Shown here: positions 56,101 to 64,000 of the stretch, piece after piece
Numbering within the stretch: the first letter of the stretch is position 1
Layout: each line of letters begins with the position of its first letter
NCBI GenBank assembly: GCA_946965045.2
Contig: OX337233.1
Coordinates: 1,302,001-1,366,000 of the forward strand
Direction: 5' to 3'
From: Epithemia pelagica
Lineage: Eukaryota; Protista; Bacillariophyta
DNA: 64,000 bases
Notes under the pieces: generated by a model
What the model saw: the letters and a program-made list of their open reading frames with translations, nothing else
Told to the model about the DNA's origin: nothing
The model's database searches: none
Position numbers and translations under genes: made by a program

Positions 56101-57578
56101 GCGTAGTTATACCTCTGTTTAGTGAGGAATCCCGTCATTTGGGCGATCAGTCCAGGAGTCGGTGACACGAGTTGGTCCACTGATACCACTTGGCCTGGCC
56201 TGGTTGGTTTTACCTCGGCCTCCCTGTCTCGAACTGTCTTCGATCGCCATGGCCTCTTGGTGGCCTTGGCGTATCCACATGCTGAGCATACTGGGACGTG
56301 ACACTTCGCCAGCCGTCTTGGCAGCTGTCCGTCCTTGGCCATCTGTTGGAGCTTTGGAAATGGTAAGTGTCCAAAGTCGTAGTGGCACCTCAGTAGCTCG
56401 GCTTCCGCTGATGGGACCCGTTCCTCCTCATCTGGGATGATGTCGGGTGTTTCTTCGAGTGTTGCTGCGTCCTTGGCGTTGATGTCGAATGTCCTGGGTG
56501 CCGGCGCTTCTCCATCCGCCGTAGCTGGTTCCGCTTCATTTGGTTGTATAGCGCTGTGCCAGACTGGTGGCGGCGCTTCGTTTTCGGGTTCGATATCATC
56601 GTTCTCCGATCCATCCTCGTCGTCCGAGATTATGGATGGTTTTACTTCGACGTCGTTTTCCGTCAGTGGGTTGTTGTCGTACTCGGGGTCGTCTGTTCCG
56701 GCACACTTGCAGTACTGATGATACTTGTCGTATCCGCTCGCGAGACTGAATGTCGCCACGTTGTTGCCATATGACTCGATCGGGATCGTCCGGCGTGACT
56801 TCCGATTGTTCCAAAAGAGGACGACTTCTGTTCCTGTGGTCGTCTCGCCTGCTCCTCCCCGTTTGTCGACATTGTTGCGTGTTTGTGCCCAGTGCTGCGG
56901 GCTCAGCAGTCGCACTCCTCCTTCTGGCACGTAGTACGAATTCGGTATGGTCATGTGGTGGACTTCGCCTTGGTCGTCCTCCCATTTCCAATGGATTGTG
57001 CATTGCCACACGTTGAAAGTCCTCGTTCCCCCGAAGCCTTTGATTGCTCTTTTGCATGGGGTGATTGATCCTGGTATGTCTTCTCGCTTGTGCGTAATGC
57101 ATCCGGAACATCGATTGTCTATGCCAACCATGCGCGAGTCTGAGTCAAAGGGTGCGCATTGTCTTGCGCTGCAATTGGCTGCCATGGCAAATATGGCTGC
57201 CATGCACAGTCGTTTTCGGTTGGAGCTTTTCGTTCGCGTGTGTTTTCGGTGGTGTGTTTTTGCTTTGATGTGGATCCTGTTGTCCAGCCATTCTGCTGCC
57301 GTTTCGGTTCCTCTTCCGATGAAATGGAGTATTTTTGACATCCATGCTTGTGCTGCCATGGTATTTTCGCTGTCCTCATCCTCGTTCCGTTCGACGATGG
57401 TTACTGTTGCGAGTATCATGTATTGGAGCAGTAGCTGGAGTGTCGTTAGGATGGTGCTTGCTGCTCTCGCTATGAGGATCGTGGCCACGATGTCTATGGC
57501 GGCTATGAGGGAGAGGGTGGAGTAGATGTTAACATAGATGGTTAATGCATTTACTTTGGCCCACTCTCTCCATAACCG
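53190..57578 (-). CDS. Copia-2 pol (PR-IN-RT-RNase H), in frame with gag after a TGA
   Basis: Protease VGIDNRCSGC; HHCC LRCHYDFGHL..CSAC; integrase VSVDQ / HADNG / NGKAERRIRE; RT HKARLNFDG, IDYVLAY, LYGQKQAGRVW, YTDD; RNase H VDADFA, ESEY, EDNSGA, LADYLTK. The frame is open from the gag stop. Confidence 0.96.
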   Translation of the reverse strand, partial: RLWREWAKVNALTIYVNIYSTLSLIAAIDIVATILIARAASTILTTLQLLLQYMILATVTIVERNEDEDSENTMAAQAWMSKILHFIGRGTETAAEWLDNRIHIKAKTHHRKHTRTKSSNRKRLCMAAIFAMAANCSARQCAPFDSDSRMVGIDNRCSGCITHKREDIPGSITPCKRAIKGFGGTRTFNVWQCTIHWKWEDDQGEVHHMTIPNSYYVPEGGVRLLSPQHWAQTRNNVDKRGGAGETTTGTEVVLFWNNRKSRRTIPIESYGNNVATFSLASGYDKYHQYCKCAGTDDPEYDNNPLTENDVEVKPSIISDDEDGSENDDIEPENEAPPPVWHSAIQPNEAEPATADGEAPAPRTFDINAKDAATLEETPDIIPDEEERVPSAEAELLRCHYDFGHLPFPKLQQMAKDGQLPRRLAKCHVPVCSACGYAKATKRPWRSKTVRDREAEVKPTRPGQVVSVDQLVSPTPGLIAQMTGFLTKQRYNYATVYVDQATSLGFVYLQRTATAAETIQGKKAFERYALNRGVKIEAYHADNGIFKAKAWVQSCERDGQELTFAAVGAHHANGKAERRIRELQEMARTMLMHAHKRWPEAISAHLWPYALRQANLCINNSPNMQHSSKQAPIQLFAQTPVNINRKHWKPFGCPVYVLSEALQSGKPHHKWKERARIGIYLGQSPIHNRNVALVLHRHTGHVSPQFHVRFDKGFDTMKQERVEANWQVSTFFKTATGKANGKKDQQPKPRKTAKRSRRQEGAAPGMELGTRATNTQQQQQKDHDPMQDGTLPQEGDLTMEQFETAQQTPATSQEKREVQSQREQTSAPPQTPTIRTRSGRIRKPTQRLIEVMSAETEDEETIPGEIFTYATLCPQDDMVAEDGLLAYKTMIKHEAAKERAKESKKRKKATKQQSKLNPIAFKAAISDPDTMYHHEAMAQEDSAQFVQGMQKEMDRQMEDGNFSIVHRSKIPKGTKIFKAVWQMKRKRDIITRDIKAHKARLNFDGSRMEKGRDYDQTYAPVANWASIRLVLALVSAFNWHTTQIDYVLAYPQAPVEREVYMEIPRGYELEGGKSKTDYALQLHANLYGQKQAGRVWYQHLSRRLVQDVGFTKSSIDECVFYRGSVVYVLYTDDSILCGPNQQEIDQVIADLKAAKLNITVEGNIKDFLGVNITKHADGRITFAQPHLIQKILQALHFKDNTTTKDNPMASSKILHRHLDEPAFDESFNYRSIVGMLNYLEAGSRSDISYATHQCARFASNPRKPHGEAVRWIARYLKGTREQGMTFHPNPALGLEVYVDADFAGNWNKETASTDRDTARSRHGYIIRYMGCPVIWKSQLQTEIALSSTESEYTGLSYALRAAIPLMRLLEEMKEQQIQIHSTKAEVHCKVFEDNSGALEMARVYKFRPRTKHLNVKLHHFRSYVEEGKISIHAVDTTNQLADYLTKPLAVDVLRRLRKRVLGW

Positions 57579-59084
57579 TCAGTCGTAGTCCGAGTCTTCT
57601 TGTTCTTCGATGAGCGTCTCGTGTGCTGCTGCCAGCTTGAGTGCCCCATCCTTGGTCTTCTTTTCCTTCTGTCCTTCCTTCTTGGAGGAGTCCTTCTTTG
57701 CCGCGTATCCTCGGCATTCGGACGGCTTGTGAGTCCTCCAGCGTCCGTCACACTTGCCCTTGGTTTCACTGGAGCACCAATACCATTTGGTGCCATTCCA
57801 TGTCCGGAACTTGTGCATTTTGTCCGCCTTCGGTTTCTCGTTGTTTTTGAGCCACGCTGGTTTCTCCGGTTTCGTCGGGGCTCCATGTTTGTCGTTGCTC
57901 GATTTCTTTGCTGGGCCTTCCTTCTTGCTTTCGAATTTTGTGCCCTTTGAAGGTGCTCGTTTCTTCAGCGATTGCACTTCCGCTTGGAGGGCTAGCACTT
58001 CCTTCTGGTGCTGCGTGGGTTGCTCCCACTCGTCCCTTGTGACTTGTTTCTTGTAGAAGTTCACTGCCTTGATCATTAAATCGCGTGCCGCAGTGATGGT
58101 CGCTGTCCCATCCTCGTGTCCGTCTTCCACTTGTTGGATGTACGCTGCGAATCGTTCATCGTTGACGGCCTTGTATCCCTTGAAGAGATTGACGATCAGG
58201 TCTGACGATGCTTGTCCGCGCGACGATAGGCCGTCCACTTGGCTCTGTACATACGCATTGAATGCGACAATGTCACTGCCGTTAGTTTCGATGTACTTGT
58301 CAAGGCTGGACAAGTTGAGTCGCAGTGTCGAGACTGTGGCGTGGGAGTCGAGGTAGCTTTCTCGTACCACTACCTTGAATAGGCATCCTCCCGCGTCCAG
58401 GCCATTCACTTGAGTCTGCTCTTTCCAGATTTGGATTCGCTGAATTCCTGTTGGTGACAGGGAATTCATGATCAAGTCATAGAGCATCTTCGAGTCTTGG
58501 CTTTTTCGACTGTTCCCTGCGATGAAGGATTGCTCCCATGCCGTTACATGGGCCAGAGTCACCCGCCCATAGTCGTTGATGAGGTCGACTTGGTTTGCTC
58601 CTGGTGTTGCGAGGTCCATTGGGACCTTTGCGTTTGATCCATCCTCCAACATGCCCAAATCTCGTGCCCGAGTATTCAGCAGGTTGATGAATAGTTGAAA
58701 CCGACTCGGTTCCACATCGAATTTTTCATCCGTACTAAACAAGGAGCGAGTGGCTTGCTCGTAGTATTTTCGACCTTGTTTGGTACTAAAATCCAATTGC
58801 TGCCCGATTCCGGCTCGGAGTGGGGTCCTTAGGAATGGTCCTGGTCCTCCTCCTCCTGGTGCTCCGCCTCCTGCGCCCCCTGCTGCTACAGCAGCGGCAG
58901 CTGCATTCGCGGCGGCATTCGCAATAGCTTGCTGGATTGCTTGCGTGGCTGCTCCCAGTGCTCCCACGATTGCAGCTGCTTCGGCTCCTAGCGGTGCTGG
59001 TCCTCCGCCTCCGCCTCCGCCTGCTGGTGGTGCTCCACCACCACCGCCACCTCCTGGTGCAGGAGCGCCGTCTCCGCCGTCCAT
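57579..59084 (-). CDS. Copia-2 gag
   Basis: 501-aa ORF after the PBS; Gly/Pro/Ala-rich N-terminus; C-terminal variant zinc knuckle WYWCSSETKGKCDGRWRTHKPSEC. Confidence 0.92.
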   Translation of the reverse strand: MDGGDGAPAPGGGGGGGAPPAGGGGGGGPAPLGAEAAAIVGALGAATQAIQQAIANAAANAAAAAVAAGGAGGGAPGGGGPGPFLRTPLRAGIGQQLDFSTKQGRKYYEQATRSLFSTDEKFDVEPSRFQLFINLLNTRARDLGMLEDGSNAKVPMDLATPGANQVDLINDYGRVTLAHVTAWEQSFIAGNSRKSQDSKMLYDLIMNSLSPTGIQRIQIWKEQTQVNGLDAGGCLFKVVVRESYLDSHATVSTLRLNLSSLDKYIETNGSDIVAFNAYVQSQVDGLSSRGQASSDLIVNLFKGYKAVNDERFAAYIQQVEDGHEDGTATITAARDLMIKAVNFYKKQVTRDEWEQPTQHQKEVLALQAEVQSLKKRAPSKGTKFESKKEGPAKKSSNDKHGAPTKPEKPAWLKNNEKPKADKMHKFRTWNGTKWYWCSSETKGKCDGRWRTHKPSECRGYAAKKDSSKKEGQKEKKTKDGALKLAAAHETLIEEQEDSDYD

Positions 59085-59165
59085 TCTTGCTTGCCTGCGA
59101 GTCCGTATCTTGTAATACCCTTGTAGTTCCCTTCAAATCCTGGTTTCGTTAGCGCAGAGGAAGCG

Positions 59166-59377
59166 TGTTGAAATCCAACTGTCGTCCCCGTATAGTTGGA
59201 TGGGCTAAAAGCGCTGAAATTAAAAGGGGAAAAGAGTATTATAACGTTACGTTGACGGTGTCCCTTAGCGATGTGTTGGTGAGTGATTGGTAGGGTACGT
59301 CAGGCGGAAAGTGCCAGTTGATGACGTGTGCTTCTGGGGGATGTCCCCGAAGCACCGGGTGACCCAATATCTTCACA
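59166..59377 (-). repeat. 5' LTR of Copia-2
   Basis: Identical to 52941-53152. Confidence 0.97.
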
Positions 59378-61388
59378 ACCTTCAGGACGTTGGGACAATG
59401 ATCAAGGTAATCGTTCGCCCCGAAGATGAGATTTTTTGGGAACGCTGCATCAGTCTTAGTTTACAACGTCGTCCTGTCTGTGGAGTGGGTAATCCCGGTA
59501 TTGGGAAAACAACAACGTCGATTTACCTTTTGCAAAAATTGGTTCGCGAAATGTATCGACCGGTTGTCTACACCATCCGCAAGAAAGCGGGATCGAAAGA
59601 CGTGTTTTACGAGATTACTCCAGTTGTCAAAAATGATCGGCTCTCGGATGTAATTGTCAAAGTTTTTAAAATATTGCCAACGGAGAAAAGCCAAAAAATC
59701 CCTGCTATGAAAAACGACAAAGCAGTTTTCTGTGTTGATCCTGGACTCTACGAATTCTCCTGTGACGATAGGGATGAATTGTTTGAAGCTAACTTCATCA
59801 TGATATCGTCAAACGATGAAAAACATTGGGGTGGAACAAACTTCACGAAATTTCGCGGAGCAGCTAGTCAGTTGAGGTTACCTGGCGATCCAGCATCTTC
59901 TCTGCCAGGAATTCTGGTTTTTGCCTCTTTGTGGACAGGTCGCCAAGTGATTGCTGCGAAGCCACACTTGCACGCCATACGGGAGCTTGACGACAATGAT
60001 GTACAGTACCGCGTCCGTGTTGTGGGAGGATCTTTGCGAGATGTGTTATTCTTCGACGAGACAACTTTCAGGAACAAAGTGCAAAGTTTAATTACCGGCC
60101 TCGAAACGAATACCGTCCATCAGCTTGTGGAAGCAAAATACTTGTTTTCCTTCAAGCCGCAAGCTCCTTCGAGTGTACTTGTTGGTATCGGTCCTGCAAA
60201 CAACGAGTTGACTGTGCACAAAGTAACGCTTACGTCGGACTATGTGGCAGAGTGCCTTGCCACGGCGCATCTGAAAATGGCGTGGTATGCAGTTCTAGAC
60301 GAAGACAACTCAAGTAACCGGGGCAATCTTTTCGAAGCATACCTCCGAATATTGCTTTCGCAAGAAGCTGTGCGTTTCGATAAAGCGCGTGAAAGCTTGA
60401 GAGAAAAGTCTCAACAAGGCAAAAAGACCGAAAACAAGAACTACCAGCCATTGGGAAACGTAACGGTCGGGTCCAAGCGTACCGTACGTCGAGTCGCTAA
60501 GTTGGCCGAAGCTGTCAGCGCCGACATTACCCAGCAAAGCTTGTACTACTCAAAAGATGAGTTTGAGCCGTTGATAGACATGATATTCCGAGTTGATGAC
60601 GGGTATAATTCTGTTCAGGCAACAGTGAATTCTTCTCACGATGCCGCGGTGGAGAAAATCAGGACCTTGAAATCAAGACTGAGCTTGAAAGACCACGAAG
60701 TCCTGCGGATTTATTATGCAATGCCATCGATAAGGTACGAGAAGTTCGTGACAGACCCGGTTAACCCGCTTTTGGACCAAGCCGATCTGAGGAACGTGCA
60801 CATATACCACATTGGTGTCGATGGTGACTAGCCACTTGCGTAGTTCAGCGTTCGGCGTTTGAGCTGGTTTTTTTTGTGCTAGAGTAGAATGTTAACGCCA
60901 TTCGTAATCGAGCAGTGAATAGCCTGGTCCCATAAACGGGAGTCAACTATGCACTGCTCCCATAACTTTGAACCCATCTCTAGCTTGAAATATAGACGTT
61001 ATTCCAAAAATGTGAACCTATATTATGAAGTTTAGGAATTTTCAAGCATTTTAGTGTACAGCAAAAAAACCATCATCATCGTCGTTTTGGCACTCGAAGT
61101 AGGAGTAAAATTTAACATCTTCGCGTCACCTCGTCTTGGACCCAACTTTGACCTCCTACAACTCCTCCTACAATGCAACCAGTCTCCATTCTGGCTCATT
61201 ATATTACCAAGAACTGGTCTGTGTGTTTACATAACATTCCAAACCACCACTGGCGAGCAATTCACAATTTCCTCTCTCAGACCCCTGTTTTCGTGCGTTA
61301 CAAGATCCATCCCTTTTTGACGCATTGATCCACTCCATGGTCAACTGTTGCCCTCACACTCTATCTGCCTTGACCATTTGACACTACT

Positions 61389-63932
61389 GGTAGATGAATC
61401 CGTCGAGTCCGATTGTATGGTCAGCTCCATACTAACTAGATGGGTTTCGTGATGTAATGATCCAACAAATGGAAGGAATAGCCCGTATTAGGGCTGCCGA
61501 AAAACAATTCATCTTGTAGCCTCGTTTCATACAAGTACATCTATCAATCCATTTATATGCTATTATTATTCATTCGCAATACCTGGTTCCTTTCGAGAGA
61601 GAGAGAGAGAGAGCGCCTGAGTCCCAATATCAAGCCCAGCATTCGGGCGGGCACGTAGGTTCATTCTATTTAGATAGCGAATTGGTTTTCGTTCGGTTCG
61701 CTTCATTCATGGATACGCAGCAGAGAGCGGAGAGCGGTGAACCTGAAACGATACAGGATGAATGTCGCTGGAGTTTGCCAAGAATCCTGTTTGCTCTTGT
61801 TGTTGTCTGTTTCGTGGCAAGTTCTTTACTTCAACGGCGAGAAGGGTTTCGATACGGTCGTTGCAACCAGACATGATCCAAGACGGTCCCAGCATCATCA
61901 CCACCACCAACACTCTCGTCCTCGGTGGGTGAGGAGGATAACGACGAATCTGGATCGGCCACCTTGACAAATTCAAACAAGAGCGAGGTGGCATTGGCCA
62001 CCGTGATTCGTCCATATCCATACGTATGTTCAATGGATGCCACAGTCCATTCCGTTTCATACAGGGCTACATCGTCCAATAGTCCTCCTGCCGTTCCGAC
62101 GGTAATATGCGTCGGTCCCCCATACTCGTGGGTCGTGTCGTGACAGTGACTTCGAAACAGGCCATCGCAGGTTCGCAAATAGGCATGGTAATGACCCGAG
62201 ACGACCAAATCGACTTGGTAATCAAACAAGAGATTTTCAATTTCATAGCGCATTCCTATACCCACGGCATTTTGGTCCCAAAATTCTTCCGATTGATACA
62301 AGGGACGATGCATTTCGACAATGACCCAGGGTGTTTGCGATCGATTCACGCCGCGAGACAAATCGGCCAAGGCCCAGGTATATTGAGGAGATCCAAACGA
62401 CAAGTCATGTTCGGACGACAAGACAATGGTATGGACATTTCCAAAATCATGTGAATACCAAAAGACGCCATTGCTGGGAGGAAGAAGGGAGGCATCCTCG
62501 TTTCGCTGGGGCATGGTAAATCGTTTGGTGGTGGGGACTCCACATTCTCCACCACTGTCATTTTCAAAGTTGCCCCAGGCGGGATGAAATCCATTGTACT
62601 CGGAATCTGGAACGTTGTTGGAGGAATGTCCATTCTCATGATTGTTGTTGGTCCGGTGATGGTGGTACCGAGAACTGCTCGGGGGAGGAACCATCACGGA
62701 CGGATCCTTGGTTCCTCCCGTCAGGTAATCGTATTCATGATTGCCCACGGCAATGTGCAAGGGGACACGTGCGGCATAGGGTTCAATCATGTGGAACCAG
62801 GCATCCCAATGATGACCGGCACCCTTGGCATAACTCAAATCTCCCACATGATGAACGGCTCGAATCGGAAGGCTATTATTGTTGGTGGTGGTGCCCGTGA
62901 TTTCTCGTTCCACCATGGCGGCTGTCCACGCCGATCCTTGACCCCATCCATTTTCGGGACATCCTTGATCGCCAAAGACCAAGTACGAAAAGGGTGGTAC
63001 ATAATAGTCGGGCTCCTCCATCGTCGTCGTCGTCGTCGTCGTAATACTACGATTGTTGTTATTGTCGGTGTCATCCACAGTCGGTCGGGGCACCAAGGGA
63101 GATTGAAAGGAGTAGACCGTCTTGGACCACGTGACACCTTGTCCATGTTGCAATCCCACTTGATAATAATACCGCGTATTGGCTTGCAATTGCGTCAAGA
63201 GGACGGTATGCAATTGTCCCGGATCGGTAAATTTGCCCGGTTCCGTCAAATTGGCCGGTTCCATACACAACTCGGCTGCCGTATAGGTTTGACTCGACGA
63301 GGGGGCGGCCGTAACTTTACTGTCGTGCGGTGGATTGGAGGTGCCATACACCACCACGGCCACCATGGCATTGGTCAATCCAGCATGACCGGAACCGGTC
63401 GAAAAAGACACTACCATTTCGGATGGATTGGATGTTCCACTCAAGTGAATCCCAAAGGGAGATGTGACGGAAGTAATATGAATCGGTGCCGTGGCGGCCA
63501 GGTAATGCAGTTCCACCGAGCCCTTGTCGTGGTTGTCGGCGTCGTCGTTGGCGTGCTTCGGAAATGTACTCTTTTTGTTCTTCAACTTTCTCGTCTTTTG
63601 CTGATACAAGAGAAATTGACAGTGTGAAAAGCGGTACACGGAAAAGTGAGGAATGTGCCATGTTCCTGAATTCCAAACCGAGGAATTCGTCGAGTGTGGC
63701 GACGACGAAAAGAGGGAACCCAACCGTCGTTGTCGTGCATTCCCCGATGAGATTGATGGTGGTTGTTCTTGTTCTTGTTCTTGTTGTGTAGTTTGTTCGT
63801 ACTCGTGTGTGGCACGAATTTGTGCCAAGGTTCCCACTTCCAACAGTTGCCGTGTACTCTGCAACACGGACCGTGGGTGGACAAACTCTTCGTCGTCCTC
63901 CTCCTCCTTCAGTTGCCAACAATACAAGGCCA
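61389..63932 (+). repeat. Segmental duplication, copy C
   Basis: Collinear with 50223-52187. Confidence 0.88.
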
Positions 63933-64000
63933 AGACATCCGTAGGTTGCAATACCACCTGGGTGGTAGACTGGGTGGTCGAAGAAGGGACCTTCCAGTGT
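61831..64000 (-). CDS. Purple acid phosphatase (FN3-like domain + calcineurin-like metallophosphoesterase); 5' end lies beyond the window
   Basis: All five metal-ligand motifs are present: FGDQG, VGDLSYA, VGNHEYD, MHRP, GHYH. FN3-like LHTVLLTQLQANTRYYYQVG. The frame is open to the window edge; a short in-frame intron is possible. Confidence 0.92.
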   Translation of the reverse strand, partial: HWKVPSSTTQSTTQVVLQPTDVLALYCWQLKEEEDDEEFVHPRSVLQSTRQLLEVGTLAQIRATHEYEQTTQQEQEQEQPPSISSGNARQRRLGSLFSSSPHSTNSSVWNSGTWHIPHFSVYRFSHCQFLLYQQKTRKLKNKKSTFPKHANDDADNHDKGSVELHYLAATAPIHITSVTSPFGIHLSGTSNPSEMVVSFSTGSGHAGLTNAMVAVVVYGTSNPPHDSKVTAAPSSSQTYTAAELCMEPANLTEPGKFTDPGQLHTVLLTQLQANTRYYYQVGLQHGQGVTWSKTVYSFQSPLVPRPTVDDTDNNNNRSITTTTTTTMEEPDYYVPPFSYLVFGDQGCPENGWGQGSAWTAAMVEREITGTTTNNNSLPIRAVHHVGDLSYAKGAGHHWDAWFHMIEPYAARVPLHIAVGNHEYDYLTGGTKDPSVMVPPPSSSRYHHHRTNNNHENGHSSNNVPDSEYNGFHPAWGNFENDSGGECGVPTTKRFTMPQRNEDASLLPPSNGVFWYSHDFGNVHTIVLSSEHDLSFGSPQYTWALADLSRGVNRSQTPWVIVEMHRPLYQSEEFWDQNAVGIGMRYEIENLLFDYQVDLVVSGHYHAYLRTCDGLFRSHCHDTTHEYGGPTHITVGTAGGLLDDVALYETEWTVASIEHTYGYGRITVANATSLLFEFVKVADPDSSLSSSPTEDESVGGGDDAGTVLDHVWLQRPYRNPSRR

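Larger units (their letters stand above)
52941..59377 (-). mobile_element. Ty1/Copia LTR retrotransposon (CoDi type), intact and very recent
   Basis: Identical 212-bp TG..CA LTRs (52941-53152, 59166-59377); TSD accttc (52935-52940 and 59378-59383); PPT AAAAGTGAGAGGGAG on the minus strand; uninterrupted gag and pol. Confidence 0.98.
52463..60831 (+). pseudogene. Crinkler/RHS-like P-loop NTPase + restriction-endonuclease-fold protein, interrupted by Copia-2 (pieces 52463-52940 and 59384-60831; 641 aa restored)
   Basis: Removing the insertion restores ..FVPNL|QDVGTMIKVIVR... Walker A GNPGIGKT; VVGGSLRDV; RGNLFEAY; IDMIF..SVQATVNSSH. NLS-like RKKAKL at the N-terminus. Confidence 0.8.

Overview
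Eukaryotic nuclear DNA, most likely from a pennate diatom. This is inferred from CoDi-type Copia elements, short GT-AG introns, (AAC)n-rich coding sequence and a bipartite plastid-targeting N-terminus. About 1-24 kb is a run of host genes: eIF2D, a DUF1517 protein, an F-box protein, a ferric-reductase transmembrane-only protein, a secreted Cys-repeat protein, a PLD/Zucchini-like protein with an altered active site, and several hypotheticals. About 24.5-48.6 kb is a nested transposon block. It holds a DDE-type DNA transposase gene interrupted by a full Copia element (784-bp LTRs, 5-bp TSD, one nonsense mutation, an extra 5' ORF), a convergent accessory ORF, and a DIRS-like tyrosine-recombinase retrotransposon whose pol starts with a degenerate C5-methyltransferase-like domain. 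The block is bracketed by a ~300-bp direct repeat. About 49-64 kb contains duplicated copies of a [TM/Zn-ribbon gene - purple acid phosphatase] segment. It also holds a Crinkler/RHS-like NTPase-nuclease gene split by a very young, intact Copia element with identical 212-bp LTRs and a 6-bp TSD. The strongest signals are: (1) gag and pol of the young Copia are in frame and separated by a single UGA-CGG followed by a stem-loop, a candidate programmed readthrough; (2) both Copia elements have primer-binding sites that match internal tRNA fragments (tRNA-Asn anticodon arm, tRNA-iMet D-arm); (3) the methyltransferase-like domain in the DIRS pol; (4) a putative two-gene DNA transposon family with a repeated end module. 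All domain calls come from motif recognition by eye, not from database searches.
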